A stretch of DNA of 63,418 bases, filler included, from Saprolegnia diclina VS20 (lineage: Eukaryota), in the NCBI RefSeq assembly GCF_000281045.1. It is 11 parts of 2 records of this genome, joined end to end, with 100 filler letters (N's around TTAATTAATTAA, not from the genome) between each part and the next. Parts side by side here need not be neighbours in the genome. Positions count along the whole stretch, not along the records: positions 16,695 to 35,998 come from NW_008246098.1; 10 more parts are not named here. One strand, written 5' to 3'. The notes beneath the pieces were generated by a model that did no database searches, was not told the DNA's origin, and saw only the letters and a program-made list of their open reading frames with translations. Positions 23,563 to 36,098 of this stretch are shown in pieces (the first letter of the stretch is position 1; each line of letters starts with the position of its first letter). The translations under genes were made by a program, and so were the position numbers.

Positions 23563-26500
23563 GCGTCGCTCACCGCAAGCATTGTCGCACCATGTTTAAT
23601 CAACTTCGAGCTGCACTTTCGTAATTTGCGTGTCGTCGTCATGCTTTCTACGGCTCGCGTACTCCATGTACTTTTTGGTTCCCGCATAATACTGTCCAAG
23701 TGGTCATCCATCGCGTGCGCGATACTGGTTTGTTCCTGCCAGCCCACCCGTAAAAGGGCTGTATTTGTCTCATCAATAAACTCACTCTTCCTTTTTCCTC
23801 TTTACGACTCGTTGCTCACACCGCCCTGTGCGCGCAGCTTAGCGAGCATCAGCAGCTTGACACCACGTTGGCTTCGTCTATGCACAAAAGCTTCAACTTA
23901 GAGCCACCTTGGCATTTGTTTCAATGAACGGACCAGCGGGCAAGTTGAAGATGTTGTAGATTGTGCGTCCGCGTGCGAGCTTTGTCAATGGGTAGTATTA
24001 TTCACCACGGCTTGGTCGATGTCACGCCGGCCAGAGCGCAGTTGATTTCAACCTGATTTTTGGCGTCGCGCTCGCACTGCAAGTTCTCGAGAACGACTTG
24101 CAATACCGACTCCTGCATGCGTGTTCCGGGTTTCCGACCCTTGGACCTGCATTGCGCAACCCACGACTCTTCGACGCGCCCCTTCGTGCGATTCTTGTGC
24201 AAAACTAGTGTTCTATCGATGTTTAAGGTGCCTTCTGCGCCTCCGATACACCACTCTTGAATCAGCTTGAGTCGCCACTTCAACCCCAAGGTGAGAGCAA
24301 TGCGCAATAGGGCGTTTCTGTTCGTCGCCAAAACAAGATTCCAAACATAGTTTTGCTGCGTGGTGTTTAGTGCTGATAGCTCTCCAATCCAAAGGAATCG
24401 ACGAGCATCTGCAGCAGGCTCAACTCCACCACCTTCTACTTCCTCCGGTATTGTAGCACATCTCAATTAGGCATGCGACAATATCGATGAACAAATTGCG
24501 CGATTCCATCAAGGCGGCGAGCTATAGTAGATGCGAAGGTATCGTAATGACCTTGGTACACGAGATTACTCAATCAAGACCGAGCTACTTGGGGGCAACA
24601 ACCGTGTTGGTGTCCGCCATGCCAGAGGTGGGCGAGGCGGTNNNNNNNNNNNNNNNNNNNNNNNNNNNNNNNNNNNNNNNNNNNNNNNNNNNNNNNNNNN
24701 NNNNNNNNNNNNNNNNNNNNNNNNNNNNNNNNNNNNNNNNNNNNNNNNNNNNNNNNNNNNNNNNNNNNNNNNNNNNNNNNNNNNNNNNNNNNNNNNNNNN
24801 NNNNNNNNNNNNNNNNNNNNNNNNNNNNNNNNNNNNNNNNNNNNNNNNNNNNNNNNNNNNNNNNNNNNNNNNNNNNNNNNNNNNNNNNNNNNNNNNNNNN
24901 NNNNNNNNNNNNNNNNNNNNNNNNNNNNNNNNNNNNNNNNNNNNNNNNNNNNNNNNNNNNNNNNNNNNNNNNNNNNNNNNNNNNNNNNNNNNNNNNNNNN
25001 NNNNNNNNNNNNNNNNNNNNNNNNNNNNNNNNNNNNNNNNNNNNNNNNNNNNNNNNNNNNNNNNNNNNNNNNNNNNNNNNNNNNNNNNNNNNNNNNNNNN
25101 NNNNNNNNNNNNNNNNNNNNNNNNNNNNNNNNNNNNNNNNNNNNNNNNNNNNNNNNNNNNNNNNNNNNNNNNNNNNNNNNNNNNNNNNNNNNNNNNNNNN
25201 NNNNNNNNNNNNNNNNNNNNNNNNNNNNNNNNNNNNNNNNNNNNNNNNNNNNNNNNNNNNNNNNNNNNNNNNNNNNNNNNNNNNNNNNNNNNNNNNNNNN
25301 NNNNNNNNNNNNNNNNNNNNNNNNNNNNNNNNNNNNNNNNNNNNNNNNNNNNNNNNNNNNNNNNNNNNNNNNNNNNNNNNNNNACCTTCTTTTTCCAACG
25401 CAGGGCTTCAAGATGTGGACGCGGGAACTGGACAAGCTCCGTCAGATAACGGCGCCGCTTGGTTGTTGTGATGGGCCGCTGGGTGAGCTCGCTTGCGAAG
25501 GTGTGCAGGGCTGCGTCGAGCTTGGGGAAGGTTGTTCATTCGCGCCAGACGTGCGTGTAGGCTACCGCTGCTCGTATCTGACCAAAGATGACAGCCAAGG
25601 CTGCTGCGCGATTTTGTCGAGTGCTCGGTACATCCAGCGCAGGCGTGCTGTATTCGGTGTGTCTGCCCACGAAGCCGTGTGGGTCTTTCATGTTGACGTA
25701 TGTCGTGGCGACGGCTGTGTCTAGGAGCGAGTTGCTATGTCCCGGACTGTGACGTGTCGAGACCCGGAGCCAGTGCACTACTTGCGCCGCCGAAGTGACG
25801 CGATGTTGATACCATACACCACTGGACTATGCCAGCAAAATACTTGCAGAAGCTTAGCTTTTGACTGATACTACAAATTCGTGGATGGCTCGAGCTGGCT
25901 TGCTCTGCGCCTGGATCTTGTAGCCTGTGCGTGCTTCCATATCTTGATCCTCTAGAACGCTCGGCCTTGCGCGGAAAACCTCTTCCACTTCTTGGAAACG
26001 GCACTTGCGTGCTGATTCATAGAGTCACCACCTCGGACGTGAAGCCATATAGCGCCAAGCAATCTCTTCCATGGCCTCACCGCGGGCTCGGGTGGTAATT
26101 AAAACCGAACAACTATTCCCGCGGGCTTGTACCCTGTCATGACAGTCACGGTGTTGGGGGCACCCGAGGATGTATGTAGCGTGCTCTTTTTGGCGGTGCA
26201 GCTCGACAAGGACGGGCCATCAAGATGCGGCCGCTAGAAGACGCCACTCAAATATGATCACGCGGCCTTCCAGGTTGCATTTTGCGTTTCCATGCATCAC
26301 GATGAGCAACGCATAATTTGGATCTTGGGGCATGCCGCAGATCATGCTGGGCTGACACATGAGTTCGCTTCGCTTGCAGCATAATATTAGCGACCTACAT
26401 ATAGTGCGGAACGACTCTACGATTGTGGATGGAGCGCAAAATGCAAAGACCCTCGTTTGCGACCAATGGGCTACACAGCGGCTACATTGTTGCCTTGGTC

Positions 26501-27005
26501 TCTGGCTTTCCGCAACCCATTGTCGACACTTGGCACAAAACGGTACCGGTCTGCCGCACTCTTAACCCTCCCAGACCTAAAGGCGTTATGGCTGAACTTG
26601 GCGTCTTGCGGGATACTACTGGCGTCGCTACAGACTGTCGCTACACTACGTCCTCGCCATGGAGCTGCGCTGCAAGTTCATAACGTGTGGAGCGCAGCCA
26701 TGCTGCGAATCGCCAAGTGCAATACGCATGGATGTACGGCCGCGTGCGTTTTTGCAGCGCAGTCATGCAGGACCACTCTTGCTGTCAAAAGACGGCGGTG
26801 AGTGTGGGAGCATGCCGCGGCCGCTTATTTTGAATGGCTCGAAGGCCGCGATTCTCGGCTGTCGCGCACCGCCGCAGCTGGTTGGTGGTGTCGGTATAGA
26901 AAACCAAGTGTACCGTGGCGCAGCCTTTATCCAACCAGCTGGTGAGCGACCTCTGTCTGAAAGGCATGCATGGTTCACTTTTCAACTTGCCGATTTGCAA
27001 CCACC

Positions 27006-28382
27006 ATGGTCTCGTGTCTCTCTGCGCCTTCTTTCGCCTCTGCACCCGTGGCTGTTGACGCAAAGGGCATTGTCGCTACGTCGGCCATCGCCGCCGGCAC
27101 CGTGCTATTCCAAGAGAAGGCGCTTGTTGCCTCCTGCTTTGGCAACATGGACATGGACGAAGGCCACGATTCCGACTGTGACGATGAGGAGTGCGGCGGG
27201 TGCATTGAAGTCGACGACGACGACGACGTCAAGGAAGAGCTCACCGAGGATGAGTTGGACTCAGTGTCCCCTGCCGTCGTAGCCAATTTCGACAAGTACA
27301 TGGCGTTCTGCGAGACCCACGATGTGCTCAGCATGGTCGACATTCGCAAGAACCTCGTGAAGCTATTTCATCACTTTACTAGCGACGCGTCGACGCTCGA
27401 TGTCGTCAGCAACCTCTCGGTGATCTCTGACGACGTGACGTCGTGCCTCGACACGGCTCTCGCCCTCCGCAAAGACCTCTCGGAGATCATCCCCGGTGGC
27501 CTCTCCGATGCCGACGTCGCGCACTTCATCGGCGTCCTTCACAACCACTCGCAAGCGCTCGAAGAGATCGACGGTAGCGGTTTGTTCCAATACGTCTCCA
27601 AGCTCAGCCACTCGTGCCTTCCCAACGTCAACTTGACCGTGGACGGCACGACGATTTGGGCCACAGCCATCAAGCCCATCGCAATTGGTGAGCCGTTGAC
27701 GGTCGACCTCATGGATGTCTTTTACTCGGCCTCCAACGATCGTGCCGAGGCGCTCGCCACGGAAGAGATCCACTGCACCTGCGGGTACTGTACGGGTGCG
27801 ATTCCGGACTTTGCTCGCGCCTTCAAGTGCAAGGACACCGCGTGCGATGGCATCGTGCACCCGACGGCGGAGAAGTACGCCTGTACGGCGTGCCATGCTG
27901 CGTGGTCGGACGAACAAGCCGAACAAGTCGAAGCGCTCGACATGCCGCTCATTGTCGCACTGGAAGCCGCATCGACGTTTGCCGAGTACGACGCCATCAT
28001 TGCGGCCTCGCCACTGCACAAGTACCACCACGTGTGCTACATGGCACTCGAGAACCTTTCAGCTTCGTGGTCTGAGGACGACGACGATGAAATCGAGGTG
28101 GTTTGCCGCCGCATGCTCGAGTGCATCAACTACGTGGTGCCTTACCCTCATGAAGAGAAGACGCAGCACTATGACAACCTTGCGCAGGCTCTCATCTCGA
28201 ACGGCAATGTTAACGGCGCCACCGAAGCGTACGAGCGCGCCTACGAGATGTCGTGCCTCTGCTCCGGCGCCGAGTACGAAAAGTCCGTTTTCTACAAGAA
28301 GCTTGTCGAGAACACGCCGGCGACGCGCGAAGAATGGATGGTCGCGTACGGCTTGGACGGCGACGACGATGATGAAGAATAA
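27006..28382 (+). CDS. SMYD-like SET-domain protein with degenerate catalytic motifs, intronless, very acidic
   Basis: Split SET (KGIVATSAIAAGTVLFQE ... GSGLF..VSKLSHSCLPN ... AIKPIAIGEPLTV), post-SET CTCGYC, C-x4-C...CxxC zinc ribbon, TPR-like C-terminus. Confidence 0.85.
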   Translation: MVSCLSAPSFASAPVAVDAKGIVATSAIAAGTVLFQEKALVASCFGNMDMDEGHDSDCDDEECGGCIEVDDDDDVKEELTEDELDSVSPAVVANFDKYMAFCETHDVLSMVDIRKNLVKLFHHFTSDASTLDVVSNLSVISDDVTSCLDTALALRKDLSEIIPGGLSDADVAHFIGVLHNHSQALEEIDGSGLFQYVSKLSHSCLPNVNLTVDGTTIWATAIKPIAIGEPLTVDLMDVFYSASNDRAEALATEEIHCTCGYCTGAIPDFARAFKCKDTACDGIVHPTAEKYACTACHAAWSDEQAEQVEALDMPLIVALEAASTFAEYDAIIAASPLHKYHHVCYMALENLSASWSEDDDDEIEVVCRRMLECINYVVPYPHEEKTQHYDNLAQALISNGNVNGATEAYERAYEMSCLCSGAEYEKSVFYKKLVENTPATREEWMVAYGLDGDDDDEE

Positions 28383-28875
28383 GCGCAGCATTACCTTTTC
28401 ATAACTTAACCTTCGCCCATTAAAGTTGGATCTGCCCACCCAATTGCTTCGTACTCGCGGTCAGGCTCAGGCATCTCGAGCCCGTTACGTTGGACCATGG
28501 TCCATTGCGCGTGGCAGCGGGATGTCGAGGACCACCAATGTATCGACTTCAAAAAAAGTATCCGCGGGCGCTGGCTCGCGATCCAGGCTGCAACTCCTCC
28601 TCGGACGTCCTTCAAGTTCTGTCGTGCGACAGCAGCTGCTTGGTCAATTGGCGAGTCCCAGACGCTCAGTAGCGTGACACCATTTCTGACAGATTCGACC
28701 TGGGCGTTGGCAATCTTGAGTGTAAATTTGGAAAATGCGTGTCACGCAACCGGTAAAGGGCACTTCCCAGGCTGTGTTACACGCGGCAGAGCGCGATGGC
28801 GTGTCGCACGCGTGAATAAGCTCCCTGACCACCAACTGCGAGCGGCGCTGAAGTCACTTTCCAATCGCCACTCCA

Positions 28876-30294
28876 ATGTTTGGACCTGCCTTCCTCGCCG
28901 CGTCGATCTCGCACGACATCACCAAGCCCATCGTGGCCACGGCGGCCTTTGAAGCCGGCACCGTCATTTTCCACGAGGAAGCGTTCGTGTCGTCCAGCTT
29001 TGGCAACATGGACATGGACAACTGCTGCGATGAGGATTGCGAAGACGACGACTGCGGTGGCTGCGCCGAAGTCGAGGAGGAAGACGAGCCCGAGTCGCTC
29101 GATGAAGACGACCTCGAAGCCGTCTCGCCCGCTGTCATCGAGAACTTTGACAAGCTCATGGAGTTTGCCGAGACGAAGGAGCCGCTCAACATGGTTGACA
29201 TTCGCAAGAATCTCTTCAAGTGCTTTCACCTTGTCGAGGCGGATGCTGGCGCGCTCGCCCCTCTCTACGCGCTTTCCGTCAACGCCGATGAGTCTGCCAA
29301 CTTCCTCGACGCGGCCGTGGATCTTCGTGCCCAGTTCCCCTCAGTCGTACCCTCGTGCATGACGAATGACAACGTTGCCCACGTCATTGGTGTCCTCAAC
29401 AAGCACTGTCACGCCCTGGAAGAGGTACTTACTACTCGCCACTCGATTTTGGGTCTCATGCAGCACGTGTAGATCAACGGCAGTGGTCTCTTTCTCTATG
29501 TCTCGAAGCTTCCGCACGCGTGCTTGCCCAACTGCAACATCACGGTCTCTGGCACGTCGATGTGGGTCACGGCGATCAAGCCCATTGCGGTCGGCGAAAC
29601 CTTGACGCTCGACATCCTCGATCTCTTTTACAGCCCGATCTCGGACCGCCGCGAGACGCTTGCCGAGGACAAGATGGAGTGCACTTGTGCGTCGTGCACG
29701 GGCGCGATCCCCGACTTTGCCCGCGCCTTCAAGTGCAAGGCCGCCGACTGCGCCGGTATCGTCCACCCGACGAACGGCGCCTTTGTCTGCACGACGTGCA
29801 ACTACACGTTCTCGGCCGACGAGATCGCTGATGTCGAGATGCACGAGATCGCTGACGTCGACGAGATTGGTGACGTCGAGACGCTCAACGAGTTGGACGG
29901 CGTCATTGCGGCGTCGCCGTTGCACAAGTACCATTTCGTCTTCTACCTCGCCATCGAAGCCTTGAGTTCGGTCTCGATGGACGACGAAGAACTTCCGGAG
30001 TCGGAGGCCGCCAAAATCTACAACCGGGTGCTCGAGTGCCTCAACTACGTCGTGCCGTACCCGCACGACCTCAAGACGCAGCACTACGACCACCTCGCGC
30101 AGACGCTCATCGGTGCCGGTGACATCAACGGAGCGACGGAGGCTTACGAGAAGGCGTACGAGATGTCGTGCCTCTGCTCGGGCAAGGACTTTGAGGAGTC
30201 GGTTTTGTACAAGAAGCTCGCCGAGAACACGCCCACGAACCGCGAAGAGATGATGGCAGCCTACGGCATCGAAGTCGACGAGGACGAAGAGTAA
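28876..30294 (+). CDS. Tandem paralog SMYD-like SET-domain protein; 2 exons (28876-29424, 29473-30294)
   Basis: Homologous along its length to the upstream gene; a GT-AG intron at 29425-29472 restores ALEE|INGSGLF. Confidence 0.85.
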
Positions 30295-30553
30295 GTTAGA
30301 GATGGTGCGCCTAGATTTGACGAATCGCATTTATATAATATTCCCGTGTCGAAGATTTCTGTTGTTGCCACGGGCTCATCGAGTCGAGTTGATCTAACAA
30401 GCAAGAGGACTTGGTCGACTACATAGCCCCCTGAATTCCGAGGTGTTCGCAAACCTGGCGTGGCAAATTCGTCAGCCGAGCCGCTCTCGTCGCATCCGGA
30501 AGCACAGCCGGTGTTAAGAACGCGTGTCAAGAACAGAATATATTTCCAGCACG

Positions 30554-31678
30554 ATGGAGCAGGCCGTCATGATGAAGGACCGCGGGAACGCGTGCTACAA
30601 GAAGCAAAAGTTCTCAGCTGCCATCGACTGCTACACGGAAGCCATCGTACCTAGCAGCTGCGTTGTGGCCTCTCCTCAGCGTGCTCGTAGTGTCTGTGCT
30701 CGACCGTGGCCGCCTTCTACACGAACCGCGCGCTCTGCTACCTCCAGGTCGGCGGCCACACGGTCAACTTCTCACGCCAACATGATCGTAGTTGGAACGG
30801 TATCCTCAAGCTCAAGATGACTGCACACGAGCAACGCAACTCGACAGCGCCAACGCCAAAGGTCTGTTCTGTCTCTCGCGTCGCCCTCTGCAGTGCTTTG
30901 TAGCCTACTACTTGCTCGGAAAGGCGTGCGTCGGCGCGGCTGAGTATAGCCGAGGCATCCAAGCCTTTGAGATGTCGATCGAGAAGGCCCAGGGCTCGGC
31001 GACGCCAGCGACCTTTGTCGAGGACGTGCTCCAGCAGCTACGCCGGGCAAAAAAACTCAAGTGGAACGAGGTGCAGCGCGTTCGGGGGCAGCGCCATGGT
31101 CGTGTCAAGTCCCTCGTCGCGGGAATGCTCGACAGCTCCCGTCAAAGCTGCCTTCGCACGGGCGATGACCACGCGTACGCGTTTGCACGCTCCGAGTTAG
31201 GGGACCTGACGTCTGCCTAGGGTGATCCACGAAGAGCACGACCTTGTTCTTGCGCACATGATGGAGCTGCTCGAGACGTCGCCGCATGTACACAGGCGTG
31301 ATCTCGAAGAAGAAGCGTGATGCTAGTGCGACTAGGCGCCCCATCAGCGCAAAATCCCAGAGTACTTTTTGTGCCCGATTGGCATGGACATCATGCTCGA
31401 CCCCGTCTCAACGCCGAACGGAGTGTCGTACGACGCCCTGCGCGTCGCCGTTTGTTCGATGGGTGTCTGTTGTAGGTACGAGCGCAAGTGGATTGAACAG
31501 CATCTGGACGTGCAAGCGATCGACCCGCTTACGCGAGAGAAGCTCACGCGGGCGCAATTGCGGCCGAACGTCGGTCTGCGCCACGCCATTGAAGATTTCT
31601 TGCACGAGTTCGTCGTTCTCCGACCTACCTCGCACCTTATCAATTCGTAGGAACCCGTGGGCGTACGAAGACGAGTAA
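30554..31678 (+). CDS. STUB1: CHIP/STUB1-like TPR + U-box E3 ubiquitin ligase, about 7 short introns
   Basis: TPR: KDRGNACYKKQKFSAAIDCYTEAI, FYTNRALCYL, KAYYLLGKA. U-box: IPEYFLCPIGMDIMLDPVSTPNGVSYERKWIEQHL...DPLTREKL...LRPNVGLRHAI. Ends NPWAYEDE*. Confidence 0.85.
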
Positions 31679-31997
31679 TCCGAAGACTAGCGTACATCCG
31701 ACGATCAACCAATTTGTTTGTACCCTGGCAATCGCGTTTCAGGGATATCTACCGACCTTGTGATGCCCCGCAGGAGATTTTTGGCCAAACGAGTCCTCAC
31801 GCTTCGGTGGCTTTTTCTCGAGAGTCTCGTGCCACCACTCCACCAATGGCTTGGGCGCTGGCTGCCTCGATGCACGCACGACCTCTTGTACCGAGCTTCA
31901 AGTGGGGTATTCTTTTCTTGCCACATGGTACCTAGCGTTTTGAGAGAAAGATTGATTGCGCTGGCGGCTGCACTTTCTTTTCGCCCGACGACGACCC

Positions 31998-33594
31998 ATG
32001 GACTTCGCCAGCTATTTCCGCAGCCTCGTCGAGGTCCGTCGCGCGCTGCATGCGCAGCCAGAGGTGAGCTTCAAGGAGTTCAAGACCCAAGAAACTATCC
32101 GCGCGTACCTCACCAACGAGGCCAAGATCCCGGCCGAGACCATTCGCTCCTGCGCCAACACTGGTACACAACGACGCCAGATACGACTGCTCGACGAGGC
32201 CTTTTTCAGGCCTAATTGTGGACATCGACGGTCCCGCGAACGAAAGCGGGTCGTCGCGCAAGTGCGTGGCCTTCCGCGCCGACATGGACGCGCTACCGAT
32301 GCAAGAGAACAACCCGCACCTCGAATATCACTCGGCGCAGCCGCACGTACGCCGTCATTCTATGGCAATGCTTAATGTCTCTTAGGCTGCGCACATGTGT
32401 GGGCACGATGGACACATGGCGTCGCTTCTAGGCTTTGCCGTCTTGGTGAGCCGCCAGCGCCACTTGCTGCCACCCAACACCCGTGTTCGTCTTCTCTTTC
32501 AGCCTGCCGAAGAAGGTCACTTTGGTACTTTGCCCTCTCTCTACTTCAATGGCATGATGACGCGTCACAAGGTGCTGTCGAAATGATCAAGGACGGCTGT
32601 CTCGATGGCGTCGACGAGGTGTACGGGTACCATAACATGCCTGCGCGCTTTGGCTTGCTCCTCGTGCAGCCGGGTCCGATGATGTCGCACTCGAGCCGCT
32701 TCACAATCCGACTCTCGGGGCCGGGCGGGCACGGCTCAGCCCCCCACCAAACCACCGTCCGCCGCTCCCTCCACTTGACGAGCAGCGTTTTGATGCTACC
32801 TATATAGGACCCAATCGTTGCCGCGGGTCATATCATTGTCGCCATGCAGTCGGTTGTCAGCCGCAGCGTTCCGGCGCAGGAGAGTGCGATCCTCTCGATC
32901 ACGCAGGTGCACGGTGGCGAGGCCGACAACGTCATCCCGTCGTCTGTCGTGCTCTCCGGGACGTGCCGTGACTTTTCGCCCGCGGTCTTCGACATCCTCC
33001 AAGCGCGTTCGTCACCTCTGGCGACAAGTACCAAGCTCTTGTACAACGCTAGGCATGCACGCGATCGTCGAGCACACGGCCGCGGCGCACAATGTGAAGG
33101 GCGAGCTGAGCTTCCGGCAAGGCTACCCCGTTACGTTCAACACGACAGACGAGGCCAACGTTGTTCGTGATGTTGCTCAAGCTGCGGTACACACCACAGC
33201 GATACATGCATGTGCATTGACGATGTGCACGTAGCTGGGTGTCGAGAACGTCACTGCTGCGGGGCTACCTAACCCTGCGTCCGAAGACTTTTCCTACTAC
33301 CTGCAAGCACGTCCCGGTGCCTTCTTCTTCCTTGGGACAAAGGACGAGGTGGCCCCCTCAATGAGGCATGAACTCACACGCGCACTGTAGGCGATTGCCC
33401 AGAACCGCAACCTGCACAGCGATACGGTGCACATGGAGCATATATATGAGACTCACACAGCACTGTAGTTCGACTTCAACGACGGGGTGCTTCCAATCGC
33501 GGCACGAATCTTTCTGGGCATCGTGCACCATCGCCTGGGTTGCTCGCTGTACTCGGACGAGGACCTGACTGCGATTCTGGAGTCGTTGCAGTAG
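31998..33594 (+). CDS. Peptidase M20D family amidohydrolase, multi-exon
   Basis: RRALHAQPEVSFKEFKT, FRADMDALPMQE, HMCGHDGH, LLFQPAEEG, GGHGSAPH, SEDFSYYL..RPGAFFFLG; many 40-50 nt introns. Confidence 0.9.
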
Positions 33595-33825
33595 TTATCT
33601 CAAGATCAGTCAAGTCAGTGCATTTAATCAAAGTCTGATCCTTTCGAGTTGCAGGATCATATTGCCTCTGGGTCAGTCGGACGATGGCCAACGGAGCCTT
33701 CGGACACTGTGGCTTCGAACTTCGCTTTTGATCGGATTGGTGCAAACATTCCAGAAGAGACCAATCCAAAGTGTCTAATTTCGCTTCGAAGTACGGCATT
33801 CCGTTGCAGCACCATAAAGCGCAGC

Positions 33826-35931
33826 ATGGCGACGAGCTTCTTTGACGACGCCGGGAAAGGCCAGCTCAGCTACTACCTCCCGACAACCGAGACGCCGCCT
33901 CCATCCCTCCATGGCCTCCGAAAGACCAACCAATGCCGCTTCGAGGGTGGCTGTTCCAAGTATGCCCAAGCAGGTACAATTCGCCCGTCGAGATGGGAGC
34001 TCACGGTCGGACAAGGTGGCATGTGCATCGCCCATGGCGGTGGCCGGCTTTGCACCGTCGCCACGTGCCCACAGTTCGATACGCGCACGTGTAAAAAACA
34101 TGGGGGAACGAAAAAGTGCATGCTGCCCGACTGCACGAACGCTGCCGTCGGCAAAGCGCGAGTCTGCTGCAAGCATGGCGGTGGGCGCAAGTGCCAGGTT
34201 TCCTGAGGCTCATTTCGAAAGCACTTACGACGTACGATGTATAGACGGAAGGTTGCACCAAGTACGACGCCGGCAAAGGCTTCTGCCTTGGTCATGGTGG
34301 TGGCCGGCTCTGCAAACAGGACAACTGTCCGAAGAAGCAATATCGCCAAGGGTTGTGCTACGAGCACACCACCAAACCCATGTGCAAGCACGAGGGCTGC
34401 CCGCGCTTGGATCTCGGCAAAGGGTGTGCCAAACCACCACCACGTGTGCAGCAGCCTCACGTCGCAAGTAGCTTCTGCAAGACGCACGGTGGCGGCTACA
34501 CGTGTAAGGCCGAAGGCTGCACGAAGAAGGACAAAGGGGGTGGGTTTTGCATCGCTCACGGCGGTGGCACACGCTGCCGGTCGCCCGGGTAGTTTCAACA
34601 CTGCTGCAAACGACGTCATTGACCCTATGTAGGTGCAACAAGGTGAACCGCGGCGGCGGCTTTTGCAAAGCCCACGGTGGCGGTACCCCCATGCTCGTGC
34701 ATTCGGTGTTCGGCATTTGCAGCCTAGGCAAAAAGTGCCAATTTACAGAGTGCAGCGAGTGGGTCCTGAACGGCGGCTTCTGCAAAACGCATGGCGGCGG
34801 CGCAGGCAAGCGCTGTTCGGTCAAGGGCTGCCTGAAGTTCAACCAAGGAGGCGGTTTTTGCCTTGCGCACGGCGGGGGCGTCAACTGCTCCGTTGAGGGC
34901 TGCACAAAGAAACAGGTGGGTCGCTTCTGTGCCTGGATGCAGATTGACGACGTTGGCCCAGACGCGGTTTGGGCTCTGCTGTGCACATGGTGGCAAGGCC
35001 CGGTGCAAGGTCCCACAGTGCGAAAAAGCTGTTCAGACCAAAGGTCTTTGCAAGGCCCATGGTGGTGTCAAACCTTGCAGGTACAACGCCGGACAGTCTC
35101 AATTTGCCACATGATTATGTGCTTAGCGCCCCCGAGTGCACGAGGCAGGCCAAGAGCCGGGGTTTCTGTATCAACCATGGCGGCGGCCAGCAGTGCAAAG
35201 CGGCCGAGTGTCACAAGACTCAGCGGGGCGGTGGTTTTTGCAAGGCTCACGGCGGTGGCCAAAAGTGCAGTCACGTACGTTCGAATTCTCTACCTTTTTT
35301 CAGCAAAACCACAGGCCGCGTGTACCAACTGGGCGATCAACGGCGGTCAGTGCGATGACCATCCGGCGGTACTGCCAATGGTATGCGACCAATCTCGTAG
35401 TCTCGTTGCGTCTGACATGGCTGAAAAGACGCCGTCGGGAGGACTGCTCTTTCCACGCACCAACGCGGCCCCTGCATCGCAACTGGCAGCAGCGCCGTTC
35501 CCAGCGTTCCAAAACGTCATCCACCCGGCGCTCGTGCAGTATTCAACGGCCATTTCGATTCTGAACCCGGCAGAAGTCGACACAATGATCTGGTCGACGA
35601 CCCCTAACCGTGACGGTAGACTCCAACGGCATCGACTTCGGCCAATACGCTGACCAACCTTCTCGACACGATGCAGCTACCCCCGTACATGTACCACCCG
35701 CTGCCGTCGCTGCGGTCCTCCGATGCCCTCCTCTTCAGCGACGCCACAACGCCCGAAAAAGAGGTATGTCTTGAGAATTTTAAAGCTCTAACGACCGCGG
35801 CGCAGGCACCCCGCACAACGAGCGCAAACCGCCTTCAGCACCAGCTCAACCCTATGGCAGACGACGACGACGATCCGCACGAGTCGCGACTCAACCAAGA
35901 CGCTGCCGTTGCCATGACCTCCTTGTGGTAG
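33826..35931 (+). CDS. Protein with a long array of C-x4-C-x8-10-C-x2-HGGG zinc fingers (WRKY19-like/GCM-type finger repeats), about 10 introns
   Basis: Over a dozen repeats such as CKAEGCTKKDKGGGFCIAHGGG and CSVKGCLKFNQGGGFCLAHGGG; low-complexity C-terminus; 3' exon structure less certain. Confidence 0.8.
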
Positions 35932-36098
35932 AATTTACGATGAGAGCTCTGTCGAAAGTCGAAAAAAGCGTTGCAGTGTACGTGTGTTGACGTTTATTNN
36001 NNNNNNNNNNNNNNNNNNNNNNNNNNNNNNNNNNNNNNNNNNTTAATTAATTAANNNNNNNNNNNNNNNNNNNNNNNNNNNNNNNNNNNNNNNNNNNN

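Noticed and set aside
24487..25724. ORFs spanning N runs (also 37586-39212 and 58471-59513)
   Set aside because: Length comes from undetermined bases
23560..26900. Possible further transposon genes (24002-24466, 25384-26400)
   Set aside because: Look like decayed coding sequence but no diagnostic motif could be identified
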